A stretch of 64,000 nt of DNA, from the NCBI GenBank assembly GCA_013202495.1, contig JABMQQ010000241.1, positions 6,928 through 70,927 on the forward strand, in the 5' to 3' direction. This stretch comes from Fidelibacterota bacterium (GTDB lineage Bacteria; Fidelibacterota; UBA8477; JABMPR01). Made by a program: the position numbers and the translations under genes. A model generated the notes under the pieces. It was not told the origin of the DNA. It did no database searches and saw only the letters and a program-made list of their open reading frames with translations. This document shows positions 50,642 through 61,018 of the stretch, piece after piece; position 1 is the first letter of the stretch, and every line of letters starts with the position of its first letter.

Positions 50642-51565
50642 CTATGAAGCAACTCTCTGTATCGCTTTGTATGCATTATCCTGGTAAGATTCATTAATCA
50701 TGTCAGGAAAAATACCCCCCTGGTCGACCACGGGACCAGTAAGTTTATTGTCAGAACTCGCATAGAATTTTCCGCTGATCAATGATTCATCACCGATGGC
50801 TTTTACATAGCGCTTTGCACCCTTCTCTAGCTTGTGCGACATTCCCAGGAGTGGCATCAGGAATGGAAAACCGATATATTTGAACATGATTTTTTGGAGT
50901 GGAGGGAGATCATTCATAACCTGGGTTCCACTGGTTGCGCCTGGACTCATAGAGATGAAACGCACATCAGGATGTTTTCGAGCCAAGGCAGACATCCATA
51001 GTGTAGCAGCATACTTCACATAGCTATAAATCTCCATACCATCGGCGTTTTCATCAAAAATGCTTCCATCAAAAATGGAAACAAATTCTTCGACGGAATT
51101 GGATTTAAGCTCGGGCCGGGCCATTCCCATCTTCTTAACTCCTCGAGCACCTTCCGAACTGGCGTACATGGCGACATTTCTCAGTTTGTCCGCCTTTAGT
51201 AGTTCGTCTACCATGATGGAGTGACCCAGAATGTTAGCCGCAAAGATACTTGAAACGCCATCTGCAGTTAATTCAGTGGGGGTTTTTCCTCCCATACCTC
51301 CGGCATTCATGATCAATGCATCCACAGATTCAGATAAATTTGCAATTGCGGTACGTACTGATGCTGGTTTAGACACATCCACAATCATAATCTCAAAAAT
51401 GGATCTACCAGTTATCTGTTCCAGCTCCGTTTGTGCAGCTTTTGCTTTTGACTCATTTCTGCAGCCTAAATATATTTTTTTTGTTTCAGGTAATAGTGCG
51501 AGTTGTCTGGCTGCGTCTTTTCCCAGGCCAGCATTCGCTCCGGTGATTAAAATAGTCTCATTCAT
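50642..51565 (-). CDS. Short-chain dehydrogenase/reductase (SDR) family oxidoreductase.
   Basis: Rossmann motif ILITGANAGLGKDAARQLA. YxxxK-like YSYVK. 307 aa. Confidence 0.75.
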   Translation of the reverse strand: MNETILITGANAGLGKDAARQLALLPETKKIYLGCRNESKAKAAQTELEQITGRSIFEIMIVDVSKPASVRTAIANLSESVDALIMNAGGMGGKTPTELTADGVSSIFAANILGHSIMVDELLKADKLRNVAMYASSEGARGVKKMGMARPELKSNSVEEFVSIFDGSIFDENADGMEIYSYVKYAATLWMSALARKHPDVRFISMSPGATSGTQVMNDLPPLQKIMFKYIGFPFLMPLLGMSHKLEKGAKRYVKAIGDESLISGKFYASSDNKLTGPVVDQGGIFPDMINESYQDNAYKAIQRVAS

Positions 51566-51653
51566 AATTTGTTCCTCTCCTCATTAGTTACTGGCCGAAA
51601 GTAGTAATTAAGGAGGGGAGTAAATAATCGCTCCAGCTCAAAATGTTCTCATT

Positions 51654-52499
51654 TTAGCTCAAACGGTATTCTGAAGGACTCTTTCCATAGGTGTTTAAAA
51701 AATTTCTGTTAAAAGTGGAAACAGATTCAAATCCCACATCATAGGCGATGTCAGCCACCCGTAGATTTTTGGCTTTTAACAAGTGGGCAGCTTTTTCAAT
51801 CTTCATTCTTGAGATGTACTTCTGGGGACTTTCATTGTAAACAGCGTTGAATTTCCGTTTAAATGAAGACGCACTCATGTGACACAATCTGGCCAGCTCA
51901 TCCAGGGACAGATTTGTGTAGAGATTTTGATTAATGACCGACTTGAATGAGATATTGACTGGACTAAAGAGATTGGAGAGAAACTCATATTGATCTGGAA
52001 TGTCCTGGGATTTCGTCATAAGTAAAACGAATTCTTTGAGTTTGGCCTCAATGATTTTTTCGTCTGCTAATTCCGGATTGTCGATCAATAGACTTATACT
52101 TCTCTTGAAGTTTTCTAAAAGCTCGTTAATCACCACTTGCTTGATATCATAATTGATTGAATGGACGGATGAAGACAGCTCAAAATCGAAAAGTTGTTCT
52201 AAAATGCCGGGATATAGCAAGACAGCAATTACTTCTATGTCCTCTTCAGCAGCTCTGTTTTTTTGCTTTGTTTCAAAATAATAGTTTAAACATTTGGCCA
52301 GAACACCTGATTTTTCATTGAGATCAAAGTATTCCTCTGGAGCTCGGACTGAAACTTCCCCGCGATTAACGAAAACAAAACAGGCTTCATTCTCACTGTA
52401 TTCCTTGGGCATGCGATCAAAGTATGGCATGGATTGCTTGCCAAAGACGATGTGTCCCTTGTATGTTAAATATTTCGCTTCGTTTTCTATTTTATCCAC
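51654..52499 (-). CDS. AraC-family transcriptional regulator.
   Basis: C-terminal double HTH: LSLDELARLCHMSASSFKRKFNAVYNESPQKYISRMKIEKAAHLL...VADIAYDVGFESVSTFNRNFLNTYGKSPSEYR. Confidence 0.8.
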   Translation of the reverse strand: MDKIENEAKYLTYKGHIVFGKQSMPYFDRMPKEYSENEACFVFVNRGEVSVRAPEEYFDLNEKSGVLAKCLNYYFETKQKNRAAEEDIEVIAVLLYPGILEQLFDFELSSSVHSINYDIKQVVINELLENFKRSISLLIDNPELADEKIIEAKLKEFVLLMTKSQDIPDQYEFLSNLFSPVNISFKSVINQNLYTNLSLDELARLCHMSASSFKRKFNAVYNESPQKYISRMKIEKAAHLLKAKNLRVADIAYDVGFESVSTFNRNFLNTYGKSPSEYRLS

Positions 52500-52680
52500 T
52501 CAAGAATTTAGACTGTGTGACCCCCACTCAAAGTTCTTAAAAGAGATTCCTGCTCAGATTTAAATTGGAATACACACAGTAGTCGGCACAAATGCATTGC
52601 AGAAGAGTCTGATGGTACAGTGTGGCAGTGTTTGTTATACAGGTTAGTGGACTATGCTATGCCCATGGCGTTGACATAGT

Positions 52681-53985
52681 CTAAAACTCGATTCTGAATT
52701 CGGTCAAATCGTTGGGCAAGCGGGTTAGTGAGAAATTGAAACCGTGATTCATGAGAATATCCCTGATCATGATCAAACCTACCCCTTGTCCATCTTTTTT
52801 GGTACTGAAAAAGGGTGTGAAAAGCTGGCCCCGCTCTTCCTCGCTAAAGCCAGCGCCTGTATCCTTGATAAGCAGGACTCGTTTCGGCATGGCTTCTGTA
52901 ATGATCTGTAGACTACCGTTCTCGCCGATAGCTTCCATGGCATTCTTGATAATATTGATCAGGGCCTGTTCCAGCTGCTGCTTATCGAACTTGCAGGTGA
53001 ATTCATCCTGAGTTGCCAGCTGCCACTTCCATTCAATATTCAATTTCTGGCAATCCTGGAAAAACAAAACTTCTATGCCTTTGAGCAGCTCATGGAGATC
53101 GTAGTATTCCAGGGCAGGAGGTGGCAATCTGACGATCTGGGCATAATTCTGCATAAACTGGTTCAGATGATTATTGCGGGTGATGGCCACATCGACAGCG
53201 CCCTTAAAGTCATCAGCATCGTTCTGATCCAACTGATTGCCATAATTCAAAACGGAATTTAAGATAGAGTTAATGGCCCCAATGGAATTTCTGATCTCGT
53301 GGGACATAAAGCGGATGATCTTGCCATAGGTCTGCTTCTCCCGCTTGATCAATTCTTCGGTGAGCTCCTCGATAAGGATGAAATGTCGCTGGAAGCCCTG
53401 ATCCAAAAAATGGGATTTCTGACATTTAAAGAACCGCCGCCCCTCCTGGGATAGGGTCACCGTCTCACCGGGTAGTAATTTGGCCAGCTCCCTGGCCATC
53501 CCCTGTCCCATTTCAGCTAAACGCTGCCCTTTCGCCTGGTCCCCATCAACCTCCAACAGGCGTGCAACGAAGGGGTTCAGAGAAAGGATATTACCGTCCA
53601 GACTCAGAATAATGATTCCGGCTGGAGAGGCTTCCACCAGTTTATCAAGAAAGAACTGCTGCTCCTGTTGCTTGACCCGTTCTTCACGCAGCTCATTGAT
53701 CATCTGGTTGTAGACAATGATCAATTGATCCATTTCCCCTTGGCCAACCTCCACCAGGGTGGTGTTGAAATCCCGGCTTTTGATGGCTTCGATACCATTG
53801 GTGATGAGATCAATTGGGGCAATGAAAGATCGAAATAGTTTGGTAGAGAAACCCAATGAGACCAGGATCAAACATTCGATCAATAGGAAGAAACCTGGTT
53901 TATCAGGCAAAAGCTGTAGTGAAACGAGGAAGAACAGTCCGTGGAGGATTAATACAAATATGAGATATTGAAGGCGCAACCTCAT
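52681..53985 (-). CDS. Membrane sensor histidine kinase (NtrB/AtoS-like partner of a sigma54 activator).
   Basis: Two N-terminal TM segments. H-box MSHEIRNSIGAINSI. HATPase motifs NIIKNAMEAI, DTGAGF and GQGVGLIMIRDIL. Confidence 0.75.
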   Translation of the reverse strand: MRLRLQYLIFVLILHGLFFLVSLQLLPDKPGFFLLIECLILVSLGFSTKLFRSFIAPIDLITNGIEAIKSRDFNTTLVEVGQGEMDQLIIVYNQMINELREERVKQQEQQFFLDKLVEASPAGIIILSLDGNILSLNPFVARLLEVDGDQAKGQRLAEMGQGMARELAKLLPGETVTLSQEGRRFFKCQKSHFLDQGFQRHFILIEELTEELIKREKQTYGKIIRFMSHEIRNSIGAINSILNSVLNYGNQLDQNDADDFKGAVDVAITRNNHLNQFMQNYAQIVRLPPPALEYYDLHELLKGIEVLFFQDCQKLNIEWKWQLATQDEFTCKFDKQQLEQALINIIKNAMEAIGENGSLQIITEAMPKRVLLIKDTGAGFSEEERGQLFTPFFSTKKDGQGVGLIMIRDILMNHGFNFSLTRLPNDLTEFRIEF

Positions 53986-55340
53986 CCTTCAAGCCCGTAT
54001 TTCTCCAAACGTCGATACAATGCGGCTCGACTTAGTCCCAATGCTTGAGCCACTTTGCTGATATTGTTATCATGCTCATCCAGCGCCTTTCTGATCATGG
54101 ATATCTCCATATCCTCAAGCGTACCTGGCTGGGGTGGTTGGACTTCTGCAACCCCCGATTGTGATTGGGCACTAATGTCCCTGGCACTTATCCGGTCATG
54201 ACTGCTGACCAGTACGGTGCGCTCTATGAGATTCTTGAGTTCGCGTATGTTTCCGCTCCAATCCTGGTGCTGAAGCCAGGACAAGGCACTCAACTCAAAG
54301 TTGAGATTAGGGCGAGCATATAAATCCTGTAAATTTCTCAAATAGTGCTGTGTCAGTTTGGGGATATCAGAAGGTCTGTCCTTCAAAGCTGGTAGCCGGA
54401 CCGTGATCAAATTGATTCGATAGAGCAGATCTTCCCTGAAGTCACCTGCTTGCACCATCGCATCCAGATCTCTGTTAGTAGCAGCAATAACCCTGAAATC
54501 CACCTTGATGGTCTTGCTAGAACCCAATACTTCAAAGCAACGATCTTGGAGCACCCGCATAAGTTTGACCTGACTATTCAGATCAAGATCACCTATCTCA
54601 TCTAAAAAAATAGTACCCTGGTGAGCCTTTTCAAATCGACCAATCCGGTCCTGCTTGGCATCAGTGAAGGCACCTCGCTTGTGGCCGAACATCTCAGAAT
54701 CAAAGAGGGAACTGGAGATTCCGCCCAGATTCACCTTGATAAAGGGGCCCGCGTGACGATCACTGTTGGCATGGATGGCCTCAGCGATCAACTCTTTGCC
54801 GGTACCTGAATCACCAAGAATCAATATGGATGCATCCGTGGCGCTGACCCGGCCCACCGTTTCCAATACCTGGAGCATCTGGGGATCTTCACCGATGATA
54901 TTTCCAAAATCGTATTGCTCATCCAACTGCTGTCTATTCTTTGACACAGAGTCACGGGTGGAGTCTAAGCGGAGTCTTAAAGCAGTTTCAATGGATCGCA
55001 GTAATACCTGATTATCCCAGGGCTTGTTGATGAAATCAAAAGCCCCCAATCTCATTCCCTGGACCGCCAGATCAATAGAACCCCAGGCCGTGATTAGGAT
55101 GACCGGGATATCTTCTCCCAGTTGACGAATATCTGAAAGTAAACTTAAGCCTTCTGAGCCAGTGGTTTCTCTGGAAAAGTTCATATCCATGATGACCAAA
55201 TCCGGGCTGAGCTTTCTTAGAACTGACAGTGCTTCTTCAGGATTATAGGCTTGGGATGAACTAAAGCCCGCCTGCTTAAGCAGCAAACGAAGGGAGGCGC
55301 AGATAGCCTGGTCGTCATCAACTATGAGTATATGAGCCAT
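53982..55340 (-). CDS. Sigma-54-dependent response regulator (NtrC family: REC + AAA+ sigma54-interaction + Fis-type HTH).
   Basis: REC: ILIVDDDQAI...DLVIMDMNF. Walker A GDSGTGKELIAEAIH. GAFTDA motif FGHKRGAFTDA. C-terminal HTH ISKVAQALGLSRAALYRRL. Overlaps the kinase gene by 4 nt. Confidence 0.85.
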   Translation of the reverse strand: MAHILIVDDDQAICASLRLLLKQAGFSSSQAYNPEEALSVLRKLSPDLVIMDMNFSRETTGSEGLSLLSDIRQLGEDIPVILITAWGSIDLAVQGMRLGAFDFINKPWDNQVLLRSIETALRLRLDSTRDSVSKNRQQLDEQYDFGNIIGEDPQMLQVLETVGRVSATDASILILGDSGTGKELIAEAIHANSDRHAGPFIKVNLGGISSSLFDSEMFGHKRGAFTDAKQDRIGRFEKAHQGTIFLDEIGDLDLNSQVKLMRVLQDRCFEVLGSSKTIKVDFRVIAATNRDLDAMVQAGDFREDLLYRINLITVRLPALKDRPSDIPKLTQHYLRNLQDLYARPNLNFELSALSWLQHQDWSGNIRELKNLIERTVLVSSHDRISARDISAQSQSGVAEVQPPQPGTLEDMEISMIRKALDEHDNNISKVAQALGLSRAALYRRLEKYGLEG

Positions 55341-55415
55341 AATAAGTGCCTAATCTAATGGACAAGACCGATATATCAATTTCCTATCTGCGATATTAGT
55401 TGAATGAGGCGCACG

Positions 55416-56615
55416 CTATTCACTGTGCAAGGCAATTGCCGGTTCGATACGAGAAGCCTGGCTGCTAGGATACAGCGCACATAAAAAAGTGATTCCGTAG
55501 ATGATCAGAACGCTGAGTAGTGCAGCGAACAGATATATCTGTGAACTGATGAATCCCATGACACCCAACAGGGGAAATTGTAGGGCAAAGAACAAGCCGA
55601 TGATCATCCCGAATGTGGCCAGCACCATGGCTTCACCTGTAATCTGACGTTGCACATAAGTGATGGTTGAACCCAGTGCACGGCGGAGTCCAATCTCAGA
55701 AGTACGCCGCTTGGTGTTATACCAGATTACACCGAACAAACCCAGAGCCACGTTAATGATCAGGAAGCCGCAGATGATGGCCATGATAATGGGCAGGACC
55801 ATAGTTTGATTGTTGGCAGATTCCCGGGCTTCATCCAGACGGCCCATTTTTACCTTCCAACCCTTGGCGATATTGTTGATATGGGCCTGGACCCGTTGTT
55901 CCAGCTCTCGAGTGGAACCGGGTTTGACACGAAATAAGATGCGGGAGAACATTCCATCCATCTGATCCAGCCAATCTGAGGACATGCTGGTCGTACCCCG
56001 GTGGAACATCATCTGTTTGGAGCCGGTAAAATCACCAGAATTTCGAAATTCATCGATGAGACCGATAACGGTTACCTCTTCCCCGTCCTTTTTAACCATG
56101 ATCTCACCTACTGGATTTTTACCCGGGAAGAATTCATCCCTGACCAGGTCATTAATGACCACGGGGGGTCGTGCATTGGCATTGTCCCGCTCATCAAACC
56201 AGCGCCCGGCCAGCATCTGGATATTCAAGACATCATCGAATTCATCACCAACAGTCCCCTGATTTATATGGACCTCCTTACCGTCATTGAGATAGGTTCT
56301 TGAGTTGGTTGCGGCAGGGATGAACAGAAAGGTATTCGAAAAGGAATAGGACTCGATCTCTGGATAAGTATCCAGGGCATACTCAACTTGTCGTAGGGTT
56401 TCCAGAATCTCATCTTTTTCCTCCATACTCCAGCCCGGATTTATATACCATACATTCTCATACTCAAATCCCAGGGGCTTCAGATAATTGCTCAACATGT
56501 ATATCATGGTTGTAAAGACCAGGAACAGGGAGAAGAAGGAGATAAACACACCGACCATCATCAAGGCATTCTGCCTTTTCCGGTTCCATATCATCAGAAA
56601 CATCTGCTTGATCAT
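55416..56615 (-). CDS. ABC transporter permease, FtsX/MacB-like (second permease of the operon).
   Basis: Start moved to MIKQMFLMIWNRKRQNALMMVGVFISF so the gene abuts the upstream permease stop (56612). Four TM segments with a large periplasmic loop. C-terminal FtsX-like TM bundle. Confidence 0.65.
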   Translation of the reverse strand: MIKQMFLMIWNRKRQNALMMVGVFISFFSLFLVFTTMIYMLSNYLKPLGFEYENVWYINPGWSMEEKDEILETLRQVEYALDTYPEIESYSFSNTFLFIPAATNSRTYLNDGKEVHINQGTVGDEFDDVLNIQMLAGRWFDERDNANARPPVVINDLVRDEFFPGKNPVGEIMVKKDGEEVTVIGLIDEFRNSGDFTGSKQMMFHRGTTSMSSDWLDQMDGMFSRILFRVKPGSTRELEQRVQAHINNIAKGWKVKMGRLDEARESANNQTMVLPIIMAIICGFLIINVALGLFGVIWYNTKRRTSEIGLRRALGSTITYVQRQITGEAMVLATFGMIIGLFFALQFPLLGVMGFISSQIYLFAALLSVLIIYGITFLCALYPSSQASRIEPAIALHSE

Positions 56616-57859
56616 GACTGACCTCCTCTCAAGGCGGTGACGGGGTGCATACGGGACATTTTGTATGCGGGATAAACACCGGAAAGCAGTCCAAAGAATA
56701 AGGCAATCACCATGCTCACCCAAAAGACCCTGAAATTTAGCACGAGATGTAAATGGGCGATCATACCACTGTCATTTATCAGTCGCAGGATAGCCACGGC
56801 CAGGATAATGCTGATCAATCCACCTATGAGGGTGATAAAAACATTCTCAATCACAAATTGGCCTACCAGGGTCCAGGATGATGCCCCAAAGGCTTTACGG
56901 ACACCAATCTCAGAGGAGCGCTCCATGATCCGACTGACGTTGATGTTGACCAGGTTTACGGTGGGCAGCAGCAGAAACAGGGTCATGAGGATGATGGCAA
57001 AACTCAGTAAAGGTGTGACACTACTTTCATCGGACTGCAATACGTTGCGGGTCAGGGCTTCAGCATAGGTTGCGGCACTGATGTGAATTTCAGTGAACCG
57101 TCCTTCAGGGAACTCGATTTGTTTCATTTGTTGATCAAATTCACGGCGAATCTTGGGAAGGTCAGATTTATCGGCTGCCAGGAGCATGGCATACCAGCCT
57201 GGGATTCCGCCCACCAGGGTCGGTTTATGCAGATCTAGTTTTGTGTGGGTCATGGGTAACCAGACATCGGAATAGGGCATGATCCGCAATAATGAGACGT
57301 TTTCCACCACACCTATTACCCGGTAGTCTTGGCCATATAGTTTCAGCGTGCTGTCTACAGCGGAGTTCCCGGAAAAGTATTTATCGCGGGTCGCTTCATT
57401 GATGACAACAACGGGAGCGACATCCTCAACCTGCCTGGAGTCAAAAGACCCCCCCTCTAGAAAGTTAAAGTCGAGGATCTGCCAGAATTCGCCATCGACA
57501 TATTTGACATCCACATCATGTTTCTTTTTGTCCTTGTAGACAACAGTGGGGTGGTGAAAGGATGACATTGAAATAAGCTGGGGTGTTTGCATGCTCTTGA
57601 CATAGGTTTGAAAGAACCAGGGACTGAAGATGGGTCCGTTCCAGGTGCCACCCTTTTCTGTCTTTAACCGACCCATGGTGACTGAGAGGGTTCGATCCAG
57701 GCGTGTTTCCGGCGTTACAGGACCCAGCGTATGTTCGATAAAGGATGTCACCACAATGAGGACCAGCAGGGTGAAACTGATCCCAAAGAGGCTGATGAAG
57801 GTAAAGAGCTTATGGCGTCTAAGTACCTTAAGTGCAATTTTGAGATAATTTTTAAACAT
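56612..57859 (-). CDS. ABC transporter permease, FtsX/MacB-like (first permease).
   Basis: N-terminal TM LFTFISLFGISFTLLVLIVVTSF. Large periplasmic domain. Three C-terminal TM segments. Typical FtsX-family organisation. Confidence 0.7.
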   Translation of the reverse strand: MFKNYLKIALKVLRRHKLFTFISLFGISFTLLVLIVVTSFIEHTLGPVTPETRLDRTLSVTMGRLKTEKGGTWNGPIFSPWFFQTYVKSMQTPQLISMSSFHHPTVVYKDKKKHDVDVKYVDGEFWQILDFNFLEGGSFDSRQVEDVAPVVVINEATRDKYFSGNSAVDSTLKLYGQDYRVIGVVENVSLLRIMPYSDVWLPMTHTKLDLHKPTLVGGIPGWYAMLLAADKSDLPKIRREFDQQMKQIEFPEGRFTEIHISAATYAEALTRNVLQSDESSVTPLLSFAIILMTLFLLLPTVNLVNINVSRIMERSSEIGVRKAFGASSWTLVGQFVIENVFITLIGGLISIILAVAILRLINDSGMIAHLHLVLNFRVFWVSMVIALFFGLLSGVYPAYKMSRMHPVTALRGGQS

Positions 57860-57867
57860 ACGCTCTC

Positions 57868-58533
57868 CTAGTTGACCTGACTGCCGTCAAACAATCTCAC
57901 GATGCGGTCAGTCTCGAGGGCGATGGGTTCATCATGGGTTACCATGACAATGGTGGTTCCCATATCCTTTACCAACGACTTCAAAATGGCGAGGATCTCT
58001 TGACCCATGACACTATCCAGATTGCCTGTTGGTTCGTCAGCTAAAATGATCTCAGGTTCACCGACAATGGCCCGGGCAATGGCAACCCGCTGGCGTTGTC
58101 CACCCGAAAGCTGACCTGGGAAATGTTTGGTGCGGGCACTGAGACCCACCTTCTCCAGGGCTGCTAAGGCGCGCTGGCGTCGCTCTTTACCAGACATGGA
58201 TCGATAGATCAATGGGATCTCTACGTTATCAACCACAGACAGATCGTTCACTAAATGATAGCTCTGAAAAACAAAACCGATCTTTTGATTGCGGATATGC
58301 GCCAACTTGCGATCGTGATAGGAGGCTACTTTTTCACCAGCCAGGACGATGTTACCCGAAGTAGGAGAATCAAGGAGCCCTATGATGTTCAGAAGGGTGC
58401 TCTTTCCCGAGCCTGAAGGCCCCATGACTGAAAGGAATTCACCCCTGTCAACATCCAGATTAACACCTGTAAGTGCCAGGGTTTCAATACTGTCAGTGCG
58501 ATATACTTTTTCGATGCTGCTTAATTGTATCAT
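57868..58533 (-). CDS. ABC transporter ATP-binding protein (MacB/LolD-type).
   Basis: Start at [11 protein letters not shown] with an AAGGAG Shine-Dalgarno. Walker [10 protein letters not shown]. Signature [14 protein letters not shown]. Walker [12 protein letters not shown]. Confidence 0.85.
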   Translation of the reverse strand: MIQLSSIEKVYRTDSIETLALTGVNLDVDRGEFLSVMGPSGSGKSTLLNIIGLLDSPTSGNIVLAGEKVASYHDRKLAHIRNQKIGFVFQSYHLVNDLSVVDNVEIPLIYRSMSGKERRQRALAALEKVGLSARTKHFPGQLSGGQRQRVAIARAIVGEPEIILADEPTGNLDSVMGQEILAILKSLVKDMGTTIVMVTHDEPIALETDRIVRLFDGSQVN

Positions 58534-58561
58534 GAGAACTCCTTGTTCATACTCATAAATG

Positions 58562-59812
58562 CTATTTGGTTTTGATCTCGATCTGATCGAGGTGTATAAA
58601 GTCTTCCATATCTGAAGTGATGACCTGCTCGCCAACAGAGACGCCATCAATAAATTCAACATGATCCAGATTCGTGGCTCCAACCGTTACTCGTTGGCGA
58701 TGGGCAATATTGCCTTTCAATATGAAGATATCCTGTACACCGGAGCCATTCACATACGGACCATTCTTAGCCCGGACCACATTCTCCCTGAAGGAAGTAA
58801 TCACAAAGACATCCACCCTCAAATTTGATCTGAGATTGGTGTTGGTCTTGTCTTCCAGATCAATGAGGAATGATACGATACCGTTTTGGACCGTCGGTAT
58901 GATGCTGGATATAGTGCCTACGAGATCCTCTTTATTGGCCCTGACCCGTACTGGGGATCCAATTTTGAGACGGGTGACATGAATGTCTGAAATATGGGCT
59001 TCGACTTTGTAACTCCTGAGATCTGCAACCCTGGCAACCACATCTCCTACCAGGACCGTGGCCCCAATATCATCCTTTACCCAGGTAACCACACCATCAC
59101 CCACTGCCTGGATCTCGGATCGTTCCATTTGCCTGGCCACTTCAAGAATGGATTTTTTCTGGATGGCGATCTGAAGATCCACTTCCCGCAGATCGGCTTG
59201 CAATCGTTTCTCATCATTTTCCATCTGACTGGATAGCAGTTCGCGTTCACGCTTGGCGATCAGAAGTTCCAATCGAGCCTGATCCAGTATGTCCTTACTC
59301 TCTGCCCCCAGGGTGTGCAGTTTTTCTCTCAATTTTAGTTTGGAAGAAAACAGATCGATCTTCAGTGTATAGATATCAAACTGGGATTGGAGTTCATTAC
59401 GACTTTTCTGTAGTTGGAGTTCCAGTTGCAGCTTTTTGTTTTCCAGGAGCTCTAATTGTTCCTGTTGACTCTCCTGCCTGAGGGTGATGGATTCCTTGTT
59501 CAACCTTACCAGCTGGGAACCGGTGGTAACGTGTTCTCCTGCTTCGAAAAAGACTGCCTCAATCCTGGATTGAATAGGGCTGGTGATGACCTGCTCAAAT
59601 TCAGGTTCCACCACCCCACTGGCGCTGAGGGCATCTTCAACCTTACCCAGTTCAGCAACAGCTATGGCGATGCGATCCGAATCGAGATCAGGCGTTATGA
59701 TCCATCGAAGTGCAAGCAAGGCAGCGCCAATAAACACACCGACGATGATGAATCTAATCCAGCGTTTGGATCTTTGCTGGTTAACCTCAGTCTGACTTAG
59801 TTCTCTATCCAT
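58562..59812 (-). CDS. Periplasmic adaptor (membrane fusion protein, HlyD/MacA family) of the efflux system.
   Basis: N-terminal TM. Long coiled-coil (LQLELQLQKSRNELQSQ...). Biotin-lipoyl-like and beta-barrel segments. First gene of the MFP-ATPase-permease-permease operon. Confidence 0.75.
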   Translation of the reverse strand: MDRELSQTEVNQQRSKRWIRFIIVGVFIGAALLALRWIITPDLDSDRIAIAVAELGKVEDALSASGVVEPEFEQVITSPIQSRIEAVFFEAGEHVTTGSQLVRLNKESITLRQESQQEQLELLENKKLQLELQLQKSRNELQSQFDIYTLKIDLFSSKLKLREKLHTLGAESKDILDQARLELLIAKRERELLSSQMENDEKRLQADLREVDLQIAIQKKSILEVARQMERSEIQAVGDGVVTWVKDDIGATVLVGDVVARVADLRSYKVEAHISDIHVTRLKIGSPVRVRANKEDLVGTISSIIPTVQNGIVSFLIDLEDKTNTNLRSNLRVDVFVITSFRENVVRAKNGPYVNGSGVQDIFILKGNIAHRQRVTVGATNLDHVEFIDGVSVGEQVITSDMEDFIHLDQIEIKTK

Positions 59813-60217
59813 AATATAAATTCTGGGCAGCTTCCGGATGCGACCGGGAAACCCTCATTCCAAGTTGCCATGGGCTTAGATATAATTCGTTCATACCTGT
59901 TTATATATCAAGCAGCATGCCATTCATTTAATCATTGATAATATTGAATTTATAGTGCTTATAGATTTATGGAAGTGTTCAAATTCGAACAGTTTATAAA
60001 AGAACTGTTCATCTATGGACAGCGTAGCTATAACTGGGCAACGACCTACAAGGAATATTGCGAAGGGATTGCGGTGTGGGATGACTAAAAAGTGACTGGA
60101 TTGAAAAAGTATTGAAATTGGGTGATAACTGTTGCTATTGTTGGGTTTCAAGCATGTTGCTTAGTGCTAGTTCGCCTATTTTGAATATACATTATTGTGT
60201 TAAGAACTTATTATTGT

Positions 60218-60859
60218 TTATTGTTTTTTTGCTACGATAAAGCTAATAGTTATGCCGTGAAATATTTTTTCGGCCTTAACTAGACTATAATTCTGGTTAC
60301 TGATTAGTTTTTCTACATCAGAAGTCCTAAACATGTTTAAATGTAGAGGAAATATTCCCAGTCTTTTAATTAAAAGATATACTGAAAATTCTATTCTATT
60401 TTTTAAGGCCATTTTATCTTTTAAACACGCGGTTGTAGAAATAAATAAACCACCTGGTTTCAATAATTCATGTATTCTTTGAACTACTTTCTCGTTATCA
60501 TCTAATAAATGAATGACTCCGTAAGAGATAATTGCATCGAACGACGCCTTTTCAAAATCAATATTAAAAATGGTTCCTTGAGTAAAAGAAGCATTCATAA
60601 TTTTTAATTCATTTTTCTTTTTCGTAGCTTCTTTAATCATTTCATCTGAGATATCTATTCCATGTATTTGCTTTGTTGACTCAGCAAGTTCTAAGGTCTT
60701 TGTCCCCGTTGCACATCCAAAGTCCATTACATTGTCATTTGGATTCAGATATTCTTTTGTTTTGGATATCACTTCTTTAAAAACGGAATCAAATTGTCTC
60801 TCACTGTAGTCATATTTTTTAGCTTGTTTGTCCCAAAATTTTTGTGTTTTGTTCATCAT
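60218..60859 (-). CDS. Class I SAM-dependent methyltransferase.
   Basis: Motif I VMDFGCATGTKT. Motif post-I HGIDISDEM. LLKPGGLF. The gene is strikingly AT-rich compared with its neighbours. Confidence 0.7.
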   Translation of the reverse strand: MMNKTQKFWDKQAKKYDYSERQFDSVFKEVISKTKEYLNPNDNVMDFGCATGTKTLELAESTKQIHGIDISDEMIKEATKKKNELKIMNASFTQGTIFNIDFEKASFDAIISYGVIHLLDDNEKVVQRIHELLKPGGLFISTTACLKDKMALKNRIEFSVYLLIKRLGIFPLHLNMFRTSDVEKLISNQNYSLVKAEKIFHGITISFIVAKKQ

Positions 60860-61018
60860 GATTTTCTTCTCTAAGTGGTTTACACAATGTATGCGTATAT
60901 TTTATTGTTCTAATTCTCCCAATTTAAACTGTTCACTAACTTTAGCAGTGGCTCCGTTTTCAGGGGAAAGATCAAACTTCTGAATTAGTCTTTTTGATTT
61001 CTAATTGCTACTGTGGCA

